64,000 nucleotides of DNA, taken from NCBI GenBank assembly GCA_019594235.1, contig JAFDTG010000001.1:5722-69721 (forward strand), written 5' to 3'. Positions within the stretch are counted from its first letter, which is position 1. Each line of letters opens with the position of its first letter. The notes beneath the pieces are model-generated. The model was not told the DNA's origin. It saw only the letters and a program-made list of their open reading frames with translations, and searched no databases. Position numbers and translations under genes: made by a program. This stretch comes from Candidatus Saliniplasma halalkaliphilum. GTDB taxonomy: Archaea > Thermoplasmatota > Thermoplasmata > Halarchaeoplasmatales > Halarchaeoplasmataceae. Shown in pieces: positions 48,371-58,498 of the stretch.

Positions 48371-49375
48371 ATGACCGATCTATCTCATAGGTACTCTAGA
48401 CATACCGTATTAAAAGAAATCGGAGATGAAGGACAGAGAAAAATTAGCGAAAGCAAAGTTGCTATACTAGGCCAAGGCGCCCTCGGAACAGTTATGACAG
48501 AAGGACTCGCCCGAAGTGGTGTTGGTGAGATAGTTATCGCAGATAGAGATTTTGTAGAATTGTCGAATCTCCAGCGGCAGGCTCTTTTCGATGAAAACGA
48601 TATCGGAAAGGCAAAAGCCGAAGTCGCGGCAGAGAAATTGAAAAAAATAAACTCTGATATCAAAATAAATTCACATGTTTTAGACATCAATACAAAAAAT
48701 ATTGAAAAATTGATCGATGGTTCGGACCTTGTCATGGACGCTTCAGACAACATGAAACTTAGATTTCTGATAAATGATGCCTGCATAAAACATGATATCC
48801 CATGGATATACTCTGCTGTACTTGGAACCTATGGTATGACCATGAACATCACTTATGAAGGGGCACCATGTCTTCGATGTCTAATACCTGAACAACCTAA
48901 TAGTGAAAGTATGGGAACCTGTGCCTCGGAGGGAGTTCTTTTTTCACTCCCTAGAGTTATCGCCAATATTGCAGCAACTGAGGCTATTAAATTTATAGTG
49001 GGTAGGGAAAACAGAAAAGAACTATTAACTGTGGATATCTGGCGGAACGAATTTGACTTTACCAAAGTTAGAAAAAAGGACGATTGTGACTGCTGTGTAA
49101 ATAAAGATTTTAGATATCTTGAAGGGAAAGACGATGAGACCGTTGAACTTTGTGGACGAGACGCAATACAAATAATACCATCCGATAAAGATAAAGTTGA
49201 TCTCGATAGTTTAGTTAAAAGGTATAGAGATGCGAAAAAGATCGGACAACATCTAGTCCGATTAAATGTTGAAGGTTACGAGTTAAATATCTTCAAGGAC
49301 GGTCGAATAATAGTGAAGGGAACCGAGGATGTTAACAAGGCAAAAAGTCTATATTCAGAATACATCGGCAGATAA
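48371..49375 (+). CDS. ThiF/MoeB (E1-like) adenylyltransferase
   Basis: RYSRH, GQGALG, DRDFVELSNLQRQ, CLRC, CDCC. Confidence 0.92.
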   Translation: MTDLSHRYSRHTVLKEIGDEGQRKISESKVAILGQGALGTVMTEGLARSGVGEIVIADRDFVELSNLQRQALFDENDIGKAKAEVAAEKLKKINSDIKINSHVLDINTKNIEKLIDGSDLVMDASDNMKLRFLINDACIKHDIPWIYSAVLGTYGMTMNITYEGAPCLRCLIPEQPNSESMGTCASEGVLFSLPRVIANIAATEAIKFIVGRENRKELLTVDIWRNEFDFTKVRKKDDCDCCVNKDFRYLEGKDDETVELCGRDAIQIIPSDKDKVDLDSLVKRYRDAKKIGQHLVRLNVEGYELNIFKDGRIIVKGTEDVNKAKSLYSEYIGR

Positions 49376-49386
49376 TATTCTTTAAA

Positions 49387-50007
49387 TTAGGGTTTAAAAT
49401 ATTCTAAACTTTCTATAAGTGGGTTTATCTGTATCTTTTTTTCTTCACGTAAAACTTCATCGTTAGAACTCTTTATCCTTGGTCCAGAGGGTGTGAGTAG
49501 ACAGCAAACTGCAGGTTTTATGGATATATCAAATGTTCCGATCTCTTTAGCTATATCAATTATCTCATTCTTGTCTAGACCGATCAATGGTCTGTGGATG
49601 GGGAGATCAACAGCCTCATCTTCAGTTGCCAAATTAGATAAAGTTTGAGAAGCGACTTGCCCTAGAGATTCACCGGTAGCTATCGAGGAGGCTTCGAGGT
49701 TTTCTGCTAACTTCTCTGCAGCTCTGTACATCATACGTCTGCAAAGTATACATCTAAAGCTGGATTCCGTATTCTTTGTGATCAACTTATGAATATCTTC
49801 GAATTTAGTTCGGTAAAAAACAATATCAGGATGAATTTCTTTCAATCTATCGACCAGTTTGTCAACATTTTTTATGGTCTTATCATCGGTGAAGGGTCTA
49901 TGGTCTATATTTAACAATATGACTTTTGCCCCTGCCTCAGCGAAGAGATGTGCGGCAACGGGAGAATCTATCCCTCCTGACAGCAAAACAACAACCTTTT
50001 GTACCAT
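49387..50007 (-). CDS. ThiI-like PP-loop sulfurtransferase lacking THUMP
   Basis: LLSGGIDS, CILCRRMM, GESLGQVASQTL.N, RPLIG. Confidence 0.88.
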   Translation of the reverse strand: MVQKVVVLLSGGIDSPVAAHLFAEAGAKVILLNIDHRPFTDDKTIKNVDKLVDRLKEIHPDIVFYRTKFEDIHKLITKNTESSFRCILCRRMMYRAAEKLAENLEASSIATGESLGQVASQTLSNLATEDEAVDLPIHRPLIGLDKNEIIDIAKEIGTFDISIKPAVCCLLTPSGPRIKSSNDEVLREEKKIQINPLIESLEYFKP

Positions 50008-50113
50008 TAAACTGGTCGAAAGCGTAAGATGTATATAAGATTAGGGAAAAATGGGGTATGTCGAACAAAAAGCTTATTATATAACTTTGTTTTGGGTAGA
50101 TGGATTAGTAAAT

Positions 50114-50293
50114 ATGACAAGGGAACACACTCGATTTGAAAAGGCTAGGATCATAGGCGCAAGATCTCTGCAGATATCTATGGGAGCTCCGTCTCTGATT
50201 GATGTCCCAGAAGATATGGTAGATCCAGTGGATATCGCTGTGGCCGAGTATGAAAAAAGTGTAATACCGATCTCAATTTTAAGAGAGGAATAA
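50114..50293 (+). CDS. rpoK: RNA polymerase subunit K (Rpo6)
   Basis: TRFEKARIIGARSLQISMGAP. Confidence 0.96.
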   Translation: MTREHTRFEKARIIGARSLQISMGAPSLIDVPEDMVDPVDIAVAEYEKSVIPISILREE

Positions 50294-50295
50294 CA

Positions 50296-50916
50296 ATGGA
50301 AGAAACTATGGTTGAAGACGAAGAAGATATGCTGATACTAGAAGATCAATATTTGACCGCAGGTGTCCATATAGGAACGCAACAGAAAAGTGCTTCGATG
50401 GAGCCATTCATTTTTAAAGTTAGAGATGATGGTCTCTTCGTTCTGGATGTTAAAAAAAGCGACAGTAGGATAACATCTGTTGCAAAATTGTTATCACGTT
50501 ATCCTCCTGAAAGAATCCTCTTAGTTTCAGCTAGACAGTATGGTAAAAAGCCTATCGAAGAATTTTCTGAAATAGTTGGTACCATGAGTATCGCTGGTAG
50601 ATTCATACCTGGCTCTCTCACCAACCCGTCATTACATTCCTTCATCGAACCAGAGATAATGGTTGTAGTTGATCCAGCAGCAGATAGACAAGCTGTTAGA
50701 GAGGCTGTAGGTATAGGTATTCCAATAATAGGACTTGTAGATACCAATAACAGACTGGAAAATATAGACGTAGCATTACCAACTAACAACAAAGGTAGGA
50801 AAGCTCTCGCATTGGTATTCTGGTTACTTTCAAGAGAAATGGCTATGATTAAGGGCGATATAGAAAAAAGAGAAGATTTCCCCTTTGAAGTCGAAGATTT
50901 CGAACAGGAATTATAG
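50296..50916 (+). CDS. rps2: 30S ribosomal protein S2
   Basis: AGVHIGT, GRFIPGSLTNP, PTNNKG. Confidence 0.96.
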   Translation: MEETMVEDEEDMLILEDQYLTAGVHIGTQQKSASMEPFIFKVRDDGLFVLDVKKSDSRITSVAKLLSRYPPERILLVSARQYGKKPIEEFSEIVGTMSIAGRFIPGSLTNPSLHSFIEPEIMVVVDPAADRQAVREAVGIGIPIIGLVDTNNRLENIDVALPTNNKGRKALALVFWLLSREMAMIKGDIEKREDFPFEVEDFEQEL

Positions 50917-50963
50917 CTAAAAACTCATTTTTTTCATTTGTTTTTGGTATGGGATCTGATCAT

Positions 50964-52886
50964 TTAGTATAATCTCACCGTTTCCAGATTTTTAGGAGTC
51001 CTAGTTTCCATTCCATACTTTTTATAGATGGTACTAGCTAAATTAGTACACTTACCTTCTTCACCATGGCTAACTATAACTCTTTCTGGGTTAGGTTTCA
51101 TTCCACTTATGTAATGAAGTAACTGTATTCTATCGCTGTGACCTGAGAATCCTTCACATGTATAGACTTTCAATTTAACTTTTATATCGATCGGATCTCC
51201 ATTTTGTGTTAAAGTGATGTGATCATACTCTTTTTGGATTTTATCTCCAATGGTTCCATCTGCTTGATACCCTACGAATATTATAGCAGTTTCAGGATCA
51301 TCTCCCCATGCTTTGAAATACTCTAACACTGGTCCTCCATTCATCATACCGGCGGTGGCTAGAACTATAGCAGGCTCGGAACTATCACATATCTCTTCTC
51401 TCATATCCCTGCTGTCCACTTGCTGGAATATATCAGATAAGAATGGATTTTCATCCTGATGGAATATCTTTTTCTTGAGTTTGTTATTTAAAAATTCCGG
51501 ATATGCTGTATGAATAGCGGTAGCTTCCCATATCATACCATCTAGGTACACTGGTGCTGTAGGTATTTCACCTTTATTCATGGCTTCCTCTATCACCAGC
51601 ATTACCTCCTGTGATCTACCTACGGCGAACACAGGAACAAGTACCTTTCCACTACCATGAGTTAGATGCTGTTCTAAAATATCTTTCAACTGTGCAACTG
51701 CATCTCTCCTGCTGGGTTGTAGATCATGATATCCCCCATAAGTAGATTCCATAACGACAGTTTCAACTCTAGGGAACTTGTTAACAGCTTGATTAAATAA
51801 CCAAGTATTGTCATATTTTATATCACCAGTGAAGGCAACATTATAGTCTCCATCACCTATATGGAGGTGTGCAACAGCTGATCCCAAAATATGACCTGCA
51901 TTGTGAAGTGTTAATCTTATATCTGGTGCTATATCTGTGGTTTCTCCGTACTCCAATGGAACAGTATGTTTTACGGCCTCTCTTACGTGAGATGATTTGT
52001 AAGGAGGTTCTCTAGCCTCTCCGACAGCCACTTTAATATAATCTAGTTGTAGAAGAGCGGCTAGGTCTCTAGTAGGTGGGGTACAATATATAGGACCCTC
52101 AAATCCATATTTATAAAGTGCTGGGGCTAAACCACTATGATCAAGATGAGCATGGGTAAGAATAATAGCATCAATACTATCTAAAGGTAGCAGTTCCGGA
52201 GCATTCAGGTAAGGTGTTCCATCATCATCAGAAGATACATCTGCACCACAATCGACTAAAACCTTACTGTCTCTTGTGTGTAATAAATGAGCGGACCTTC
52301 CTACTTCTCTGTAGCCTCCAAGAGCAGTTATTCTTGCGAAAGTTTCCCCAGATCTGGTATCTCTGTTTATTTTTCTACCAAGTTTATTGAGGAATTTTCT
52401 CCTTTCACCCCGAACTGCTCTCAAATAACTTCTAATATCCTTTACAGTTTTTGAAGGTATAGGCGGGGCACGAACAACGTCTGGTGCCCATCCGGTTTCT
52501 CTTTTAATTTCATTTAAAATCTTCCCTTTTTTACCTATTGCTATACCAGGAGCCTCAGCTTCGATAGTAACTTCCCCTAAATCTTCTTTAAAAAATATGT
52601 CAGTTGTCTTAGCTTCTTCTGGAATTATCTCTTTGATTTTACTTTCTGCTTCTTCTGGAGTATCTAATAATGAAGGATCTGGTCTGATCGAAATCCTTCT
52701 CTTTACTTTTTCTGCAAGCTTTTTAACTGTTCCTGATTCTTTCGTGAATTCCTCTAAATCTTTGGTGTAAATAACGATAGTCGAGCCTTCAAACTCGATA
52801 TTGGTTACACTCACAGGTTTAGATAATACTTCACGAATCGCTTCTTTTGCATCGTTCAAAATGTCTTCCACACTCATATAGTTCAC
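50964..52886 (-). CDS. beta-CASP ribonuclease aCPSF1 (FttA)
   Basis: KH domains, GGYREVGRS, HAHLDH, GFSGHSD. Confidence 0.96.
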   Translation of the reverse strand: MNYMSVEDILNDAKEAIREVLSKPVSVTNIEFEGSTIVIYTKDLEEFTKESGTVKKLAEKVKRRISIRPDPSLLDTPEEAESKIKEIIPEEAKTTDIFFKEDLGEVTIEAEAPGIAIGKKGKILNEIKRETGWAPDVVRAPPIPSKTVKDIRSYLRAVRGERRKFLNKLGRKINRDTRSGETFARITALGGYREVGRSAHLLHTRDSKVLVDCGADVSSDDDGTPYLNAPELLPLDSIDAIILTHAHLDHSGLAPALYKYGFEGPIYCTPPTRDLAALLQLDYIKVAVGEAREPPYKSSHVREAVKHTVPLEYGETTDIAPDIRLTLHNAGHILGSAVAHLHIGDGDYNVAFTGDIKYDNTWLFNQAVNKFPRVETVVMESTYGGYHDLQPSRRDAVAQLKDILEQHLTHGSGKVLVPVFAVGRSQEVMLVIEEAMNKGEIPTAPVYLDGMIWEATAIHTAYPEFLNNKLKKKIFHQDENPFLSDIFQQVDSRDMREEICDSSEPAIVLATAGMMNGGPVLEYFKAWGDDPETAIIFVGYQADGTIGDKIQKEYDHITLTQNGDPIDIKVKLKVYTCEGFSGHSDRIQLLHYISGMKPNPERVIVSHGEEGKCTNLASTIYKKYGMETRTPKNLETVRLY

Positions 52887-52937
52887 TCTTTAAATTGCTG
52901 TTAAATCTAGTTTATGAAATGTATTTTAGTAAACAGA

Positions 52938-53603
52938 TCATAAAGGAGGTAAATTTTGTTTCTCCTTACGTACATTGGATATACGTTTATCGATATCTTC
53001 ATCTTCGATCTCTTCGAAACCCTCTTCCTTGGTGATTTTAGCTACACGAATTCCGTCTCCAGAAGCAGAATCTCTGCTGCTTGAAACGAGTAAACATAAA
53101 ACCGCTAAATCCACTCCTTCTTCAATACTCATACCTTCTTTGTAATGATCTTCAAGAACACCATAAACAAATGGGGAACCTGATCCCTCAGAAACGTAAT
53201 CATCCGAGATGGCTCCACCTGCCATGTCCAAGGAGTAAACATGTCCACCATTAGTATCTACGCCACCTAATAATAGGCCTACAAAGTAAGGCATCATTCT
53301 TCGACCCAATAACATATTTGAAAGTAATGTCGAAGCAGCTTTAACAGTCATATCCCTGTTTCTTTTTAATCTATATAACTCTACTTCAGAACTAAGAAAC
53401 CTTGATATGGCTTGTCCATCCCCAACAAGGCCAGAAATGGTGAGTGCCATATTATCTCCAATTTGGAAAAGTTTCCGTGTATCTTTATGAGCAATCATAT
53501 GACCTTTGGTAGCTCTTTTCTCAGTAGCAAGAACTACTCCTCCGTTACAAACAATTCCTACGGTCGTAGTACCTTTCTTTTTCATATTATCAATTTCATT
53601 CAT
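52938..53603 (-). CDS. psmB: proteasome beta subunit
   Basis: Propeptide KKG-TTTVG, GSGS, RDSASG. Confidence 0.96.
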   Translation of the reverse strand: MNEIDNMKKKGTTTVGIVCNGGVVLATEKRATKGHMIAHKDTRKLFQIGDNMALTISGLVGDGQAISRFLSSEVELYRLKRNRDMTVKAASTLLSNMLLGRRMMPYFVGLLLGGVDTNGGHVYSLDMAGGAISDDYVSEGSGSPFVYGVLEDHYKEGMSIEEGVDLAVLCLLVSSSRDSASGDGIRVAKITKEEGFEEIEDEDIDKRISNVRKEKQNLPPL

Positions 53604-53799
53604 GTTTTCACACTCAACCCAATCATATTAAATTATATCTCAATTAGTCTTTATTAATAAAAGGTTTTCTAAAATCTCTACATTCATTTAAGAAAAACTA
53701 TTATTTATGTGTTTCCATCACAATAGCTATTATTCTTGAAAATCTCTTTTCCAATTTAAAAATGTTGGTTAAACATTTTAATAATAGGAATACATTGGA

Positions 53800-54789
53800 G
53801 TGGCTGTGTTTGATATAGAAGCTAAACTTTTGTTGACTACTGCTCTGTTAGTCACATACCTGATTGGAATTATCATTTTCAAGCCTCTGCTACAGAAACT
53901 AAGAAAGGAAGGTTTTACCGGTAGAGACATGTATAAACTTGGATATCCATCGGTTCCAGAGATGGGAGGGATCGGGATCGCTTTTGCGTACCTTACCGGT
54001 CTGCTTTTTTTAAGTTCATTCCATGACATCCCATCTATATCATATATCGTTACATTTGTACTCATTTTGTACTTCTTTTTTGGTTTAGTTGATGATATAG
54101 TAGGTGTAGGTGGAGCTTTTAAATTCACACACAGCGAAATCGTTAAGATATTGATTCCGCTCTTTTTTGCTTTCCCTTTGATAAGATACGTAGGTACATC
54201 GATTTATCTCCCCTACTTAGGGGTAATGGAATTTGGATTAGTATATATGATAATAATACTGCCAGTTTTCATAATGGTATGTGCGAACCTGGTTAACATG
54301 TTTTCTTATTATAATGGGCAGTCCGCCGGAACCACCTTGATAGTGCTTTCATTCCTTACTTTAAAATTAATTGAAACCGGGAAAACAGATATCCTATTTT
54401 TTTTATTCCCATTTATGGGTGCTACATTATCTTTTCTTTCATACAATATCCATCCGGCAGGAGTTTTTCCTGGCGATTGTGGTGATATGATCATGGGTGC
54501 CATGATAGGTATAGTTGCGGTATTGGGTAATTTAGAATTATATACATTCATTTGTCTCCTACCTTTAACTATCAACTTCCTGATGGTGTCATATTGGTTC
54601 CTTTCTGAGAGAGGTGAGCGTCATGAAAAGTTTGGTAAAGTGGATAAAGATGGTAACATAGATCCACCAAATGCAAAAACCCTTGTTTGGTTATTTCCAA
54701 ATATCTGGCCTTTAGATGAAAGAAAAACAACACTCTTGATGTATCTGTTAGTTTTTGTCTCTTCTCTTTCTGCATGGGTATTATTTTAA
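53800..54789 (+). CDS. MraY/GPT-family polyprenyl-phosphate sugar-1-P transferase
   Basis: PEMGG, GLVDD, ANLVN, FPGD. Confidence 0.88.
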   Translation: MAVFDIEAKLLLTTALLVTYLIGIIIFKPLLQKLRKEGFTGRDMYKLGYPSVPEMGGIGIAFAYLTGLLFLSSFHDIPSISYIVTFVLILYFFFGLVDDIVGVGGAFKFTHSEIVKILIPLFFAFPLIRYVGTSIYLPYLGVMEFGLVYMIIILPVFIMVCANLVNMFSYYNGQSAGTTLIVLSFLTLKLIETGKTDILFFLFPFMGATLSFLSYNIHPAGVFPGDCGDMIMGAMIGIVAVLGNLELYTFICLLPLTINFLMVSYWFLSERGERHEKFGKVDKDGNIDPPNAKTLVWLFPNIWPLDERKTTLLMYLLVFVSSLSAWVLF

Positions 54790-54889
54790 TACCCCTTGTG
54801 TATCTATGCAAATAATACTTATATATAATGAATGTGTGAATGAAGTACGCAAATACGAATTTATGAAAACCGATAAATGAGGATTTAAT

Positions 54890-55840
54890 ATGATAATCGT
54901 GTCTCTCTCGATAATGGTCGCCTTTTTTGTTTCTCTGCTTATTACCAAATGGCAGATAAAGAGTTTTGGGCATGCCGGGATAGATGGGACCGATATGCAT
55001 AAAAGACACAAACCCCGTGTTCCCGAAATGGGAGGTTTATCGGCTATAATGGGCTTCGTTATCGGTTTATCTTTATTTTTAAGTGATAAAAGAGGTCTGA
55101 ATGAACCTATATTCCTCACAGCATTGATCGGTATAATCGGAGCGGGTCTGATCGGCATGGTCGATGATATGGTTCGAGTTCGTCAAAGAGTTAAAGCCTT
55201 TTTACCTTACCTTTTTACGATCCCATTCGGAATAAATATGATGGGGTATCCTCTGGAAGTTTTTGGTTTTACAATAGATAATCCTTATCTCATCTTTTTA
55301 GTAGTACCATTTGGTGTAACGTGTGCTGCAAATGCATCTAACATGCTCGAAGGATTCAACGGATTAGGTGCAGGATTATCTATAATAATATCGACTTCAC
55401 TGGTGATTTTAATATATTTACAGGGTGGTCCAGATCGAGGATTCTATATTTTATTCCCTCTCCTTGGGGCAGTGATGGGATTCGGTGTTTTTAATCTATA
55501 CCCATCTTTAATCTTTCCAGGAGATACTTTTACCCTATTCAGTGGAGCTGCGATAGGAATAGCTGCCATAATAAGTGGTCTTATCACGCCAGGTATTATA
55601 ATGTTCATCCCTATGATACTGGAATTCTTTTTAAAGTTCAAAGGTGGTTTTAAAGCTGAAAATTTTGCACGACCAGATAAAGATGGTTATCTGAAAAGTA
55701 GAAACGATAAGATCGAGAGTTTGACTCACATCCTGGTTAAGTATTTCAGATTGAAAGAATGGCAATTGGTATCTATAATATGGGGGATAGAAATCGTACT
55801 TTGCTCTTTCGTAATAATTTTCTATATCTTTATCTTCTAA
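54890..55840 (+). CDS. MraY/GPT-family transferase (AglH-like), second copy
   Basis: DMHK..PEMGG, GMVDD, NASNMLEGFNG, FPGD. Confidence 0.9.
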   Translation: MIIVSLSIMVAFFVSLLITKWQIKSFGHAGIDGTDMHKRHKPRVPEMGGLSAIMGFVIGLSLFLSDKRGLNEPIFLTALIGIIGAGLIGMVDDMVRVRQRVKAFLPYLFTIPFGINMMGYPLEVFGFTIDNPYLIFLVVPFGVTCAANASNMLEGFNGLGAGLSIIISTSLVILIYLQGGPDRGFYILFPLLGAVMGFGVFNLYPSLIFPGDTFTLFSGAAIGIAAIISGLITPGIIMFIPMILEFFLKFKGGFKAENFARPDKDGYLKSRNDKIESLTHILVKYFRLKEWQLVSIIWGIEIVLCSFVIIFYIFIF

Positions 55841-55900
55841 ATTTTTTCATTATCAACATCAACCAAGAAATATAATAACAGTAATCCCATTTAGTAAAAT

Positions 55901-56602
55901 ATGTATCGTTTAGAATGTAAGTGCATGCTCAAAAAAGAAGATAAATTCATACTGGGTGAAGGTAGAAAAAAAATATTAGAGTTAGTTTCTGAAACGGGAT
56001 CGATAAAAGAGGCAGCCAAGGAGATGGGAATGTCTTACAGACATGCATGGGGTATAATAAAAAAAATAGAAGAAGGGGCCGGAAAAGAAATCGTGGTTTC
56101 TAAAAGAGGAGGAGAGAAAGGCGGAGGGACTAGATTATCAAAATTTGGTGAACAATTGTTGGAGATCTATAAAGAAATGAAAAAGGAGCATAGAGGCGAT
56201 GTATATTTGAACCCTGCTTTAACTGTGGATGGAATCATAGAAAAAGATGGTGAAATTCTTCTTATAAAAAGGAAAAAAGATCCTTTCAAAGATAAGTATG
56301 CGCTTCCAGGAGGTTTTGTTGAATACAAAGAAAAGGTGGAAAGTGCGGTGACTAGAGAGATTGAGGAAGAAACTGGTCTAAAAACAGAAGTAAAAGAATT
56401 GATCGGTGTATATTCTGAACGTGGAAGAGATCCCAGGGGACATACCGTTTCAGTAGTATATTCATTAGGTGTTAAAGGTGGTCCTATTTCTAGCGGCAGC
56501 GATGCTAAAGAAGCAAAATATTTTCCCAAATATGAGCTTCCAGAACTTGCTTTCGATCACAAAAAAATAATCAAAGATTATTTACTTCTTTCTCGTGATT
56601 AG
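55901..56602 (+). CDS. ModE-type wHTH fused to a Nudix hydrolase
   Basis: GSIKEAAKEMGMSYRHAW...RGGEKGGG; GGFVE..REIEEETG, RDPRG, LAFDH. Confidence 0.88.
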   Translation: MYRLECKCMLKKEDKFILGEGRKKILELVSETGSIKEAAKEMGMSYRHAWGIIKKIEEGAGKEIVVSKRGGEKGGGTRLSKFGEQLLEIYKEMKKEHRGDVYLNPALTVDGIIEKDGEILLIKRKKDPFKDKYALPGGFVEYKEKVESAVTREIEEETGLKTEVKELIGVYSERGRDPRGHTVSVVYSLGVKGGPISSGSDAKEAKYFPKYELPELAFDHKKIIKDYLLLSRD

Positions 56603-56800
56603 ACGATATCTTGTCTTAGTTCCTTCTAGTTTTCCGCTAAGCGTCTTTACGATATTTGCGTATTCATCGGAATTATTATAATTCTTTGCAAAATCATACT
56701 GGCCTACAACAGGTTCAAATCCCATGTTTTTCATCTTTTTTATAACGACTTCCGCTGGTGTTCCTTCACTAGAAAAATACAATTCAATATATAATTTCAT
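56582..56800 (-). CDS. small hypothetical protein
   Basis: 72-aa ORF filling the gap, plausible alpha/beta composition. Confidence 0.65.
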   Translation of the reverse strand: MKLYIELYFSSEGTPAEVVIKKMKNMGFEPVVGQYDFAKNYNNSDEYANIVKTLSGKLEGTKTRYRLITRKK

Positions 56801-56898
56801 AACAGTGTTTAGAAATGCAATTAGGATATATAATTATTATGGTCCAGGTTGTTTAGTGGGTAATACTTAATATAACAGGCATAATTAGCTGATTGTTC

Positions 56899-57219
56899 AT
56901 GCCAAGATGGAAGCATAAAAAGATAGCCAAAGACAGGATACACAAGTTGTTTGAAGAAGCAAGTAAAGCAGCGTTACAGGATGATATCGATCTTGCTGAT
57001 AGATATGTAACACTAGCTCGGAAAATAGGCATGAAATATAACATAAGTATTCCATCTGAATATAGACGTAGAATCTGTAAGACTTGTTACTCTTATCTGT
57101 TCCCTGGAAAGACGTGTTATGTAAGAATAAATAAGGGAAAACTCGTCACAAAATGTTTAAAATGCAAAACTATAAACAGGTATGTGATCAGTAAAAAAGA
57201 TGTGGACAAAAATGGATAG
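56899..57219 (+). CDS. rnp4: ribonuclease P protein Rpp21
   Basis: IAKDRI..LF, RY, CKTC...PG...CLKC. Confidence 0.92.
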   Translation: MPRWKHKKIAKDRIHKLFEEASKAALQDDIDLADRYVTLARKIGMKYNISIPSEYRRRICKTCYSYLFPGKTCYVRINKGKLVTKCLKCKTINRYVISKKDVDKNG

Positions 57220-57475
57220 AAAAGAAGCTAAAATTAAAGGCCAAGATTTGGAACCTTTAGTAAGGATCGGTAAAAAGGGAATCGATGAAAACATGATCGA
57301 AGAGATCGAAAGGCATCTAGAAGATAAAGAATTGATCAAAATTAAAATTCTAAGGAATAACCCGATTCAAGATATTGGAAAAATTGTAGATATGTTAGAG
57401 GAAAAGACAAATGGTAAAGTCATCGAAATAAGAGGTAAAACGGTCCTAGTTGCTGCAGAAGAAGATAGTTTATGA
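57212..57475 (+). CDS. YhbY/CRM RNA-binding protein
   Basis: VRIGKKG, ELIKIK, RGKTVL. Confidence 0.9.
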   Translation: MDRKEAKIKGQDLEPLVRIGKKGIDENMIEEIERHLEDKELIKIKILRNNPIQDIGKIVDMLEEKTNGKVIEIRGKTVLVAAEEDSL

Positions 57476-58480
57476 TTTTTTAACTTCTATATCCAAAGCT
57501 TTGTGTTCCATGTATGCTGAATAGCTCCTAACATCTCTTATCTTTTTGATATTAGGTGTGTATCCACATCCACGGATCTTTTGTTTTATTTTTTTGATCC
57601 TTTCATCGAATTCTGTATTTTCAATGATCTCATAGTAATGGATCACACTTCTACCTCCAGCTGCTTTCAAAGCCGTGTCTAAAAATTCAAAAGAAGAATG
57701 AGGTAGATTCATGATGATCCTGTCAACTTTGAACTTCGGTGCCAAGTCTTTTGCATTTCCCTCATGTATCTCTACTAGATCTTCTACATTATTTCTTTTT
57801 ACGTTTCTCTTGAGTAATGAGATAGCTTTAGGGTTGATATCGATGCTGTAAACTCGTTCTACATCTACATTCTTCGCTATAAGGATGCTGTAAGGCCCTA
57901 CTCCAGCAAACATGTCAAGAACTTTTTCGTTAGGTTTGGTCATGTTAACGACTTTCCATCGCTCAGTGGCCAATCTAGGGGAGAAATAAGCATTTGCTAC
58001 ATCTATCTCGAATTCAGCACCATACTCCTTATGGACTGTAATCTGTTTATCTTTACCTGCGATGGTTTGAACTTGCCTAACTCTGAACTCACCTGAAACC
58101 CCTTTATCCTCCATAACAGTCTCTACATTCGGTTGAACTTCGAGTATAGCTCTACCTATGTCAGCTTTATAATCTTCTAATTCGTCTGGAATCTTGATAA
58201 TGGCTATATCACCTATGATATCGAAGCTCGTAGGAAGGTATTCTACTAGATCAGATGGTAATTTGACTATATCTCTATAATCTCTAGACTTGCTTTCTCT
58301 ATATTCAACATCCCTTTTAACGACTTCGTAATCTAAGTTTTCTTTTGGAATTTCTTTGATAGGTATGAACAGATAATCATCATCAGAAGTGATTTTACCC
58401 TTTTTCTCTAATATATTTTCTTCCAAAAGCTTATTTCTAACCTTTTCTCCTTCACTCTTAGGAACTTTCAAACACAACAT
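57470..58480 (-). CDS. trm5: Trm5/Taw-family tRNA G37 methyltransferase
   Basis: SFDIIGDIA, YFSPRL..ER, DMFAGVGP, IMNLP. Confidence 0.9.
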   Translation of the reverse strand: MLCLKVPKSEGEKVRNKLLEENILEKKGKITSDDDYLFIPIKEIPKENLDYEVVKRDVEYRESKSRDYRDIVKLPSDLVEYLPTSFDIIGDIAIIKIPDELEDYKADIGRAILEVQPNVETVMEDKGVSGEFRVRQVQTIAGKDKQITVHKEYGAEFEIDVANAYFSPRLATERWKVVNMTKPNEKVLDMFAGVGPYSILIAKNVDVERVYSIDINPKAISLLKRNVKRNNVEDLVEIHEGNAKDLAPKFKVDRIIMNLPHSSFEFLDTALKAAGGRSVIHYYEIIENTEFDERIKKIKQKIRGCGYTPNIKKIRDVRSYSAYMEHKALDIEVKKS

Positions 58481-58498
58481 ATTAGAGAGGTTAAACGT

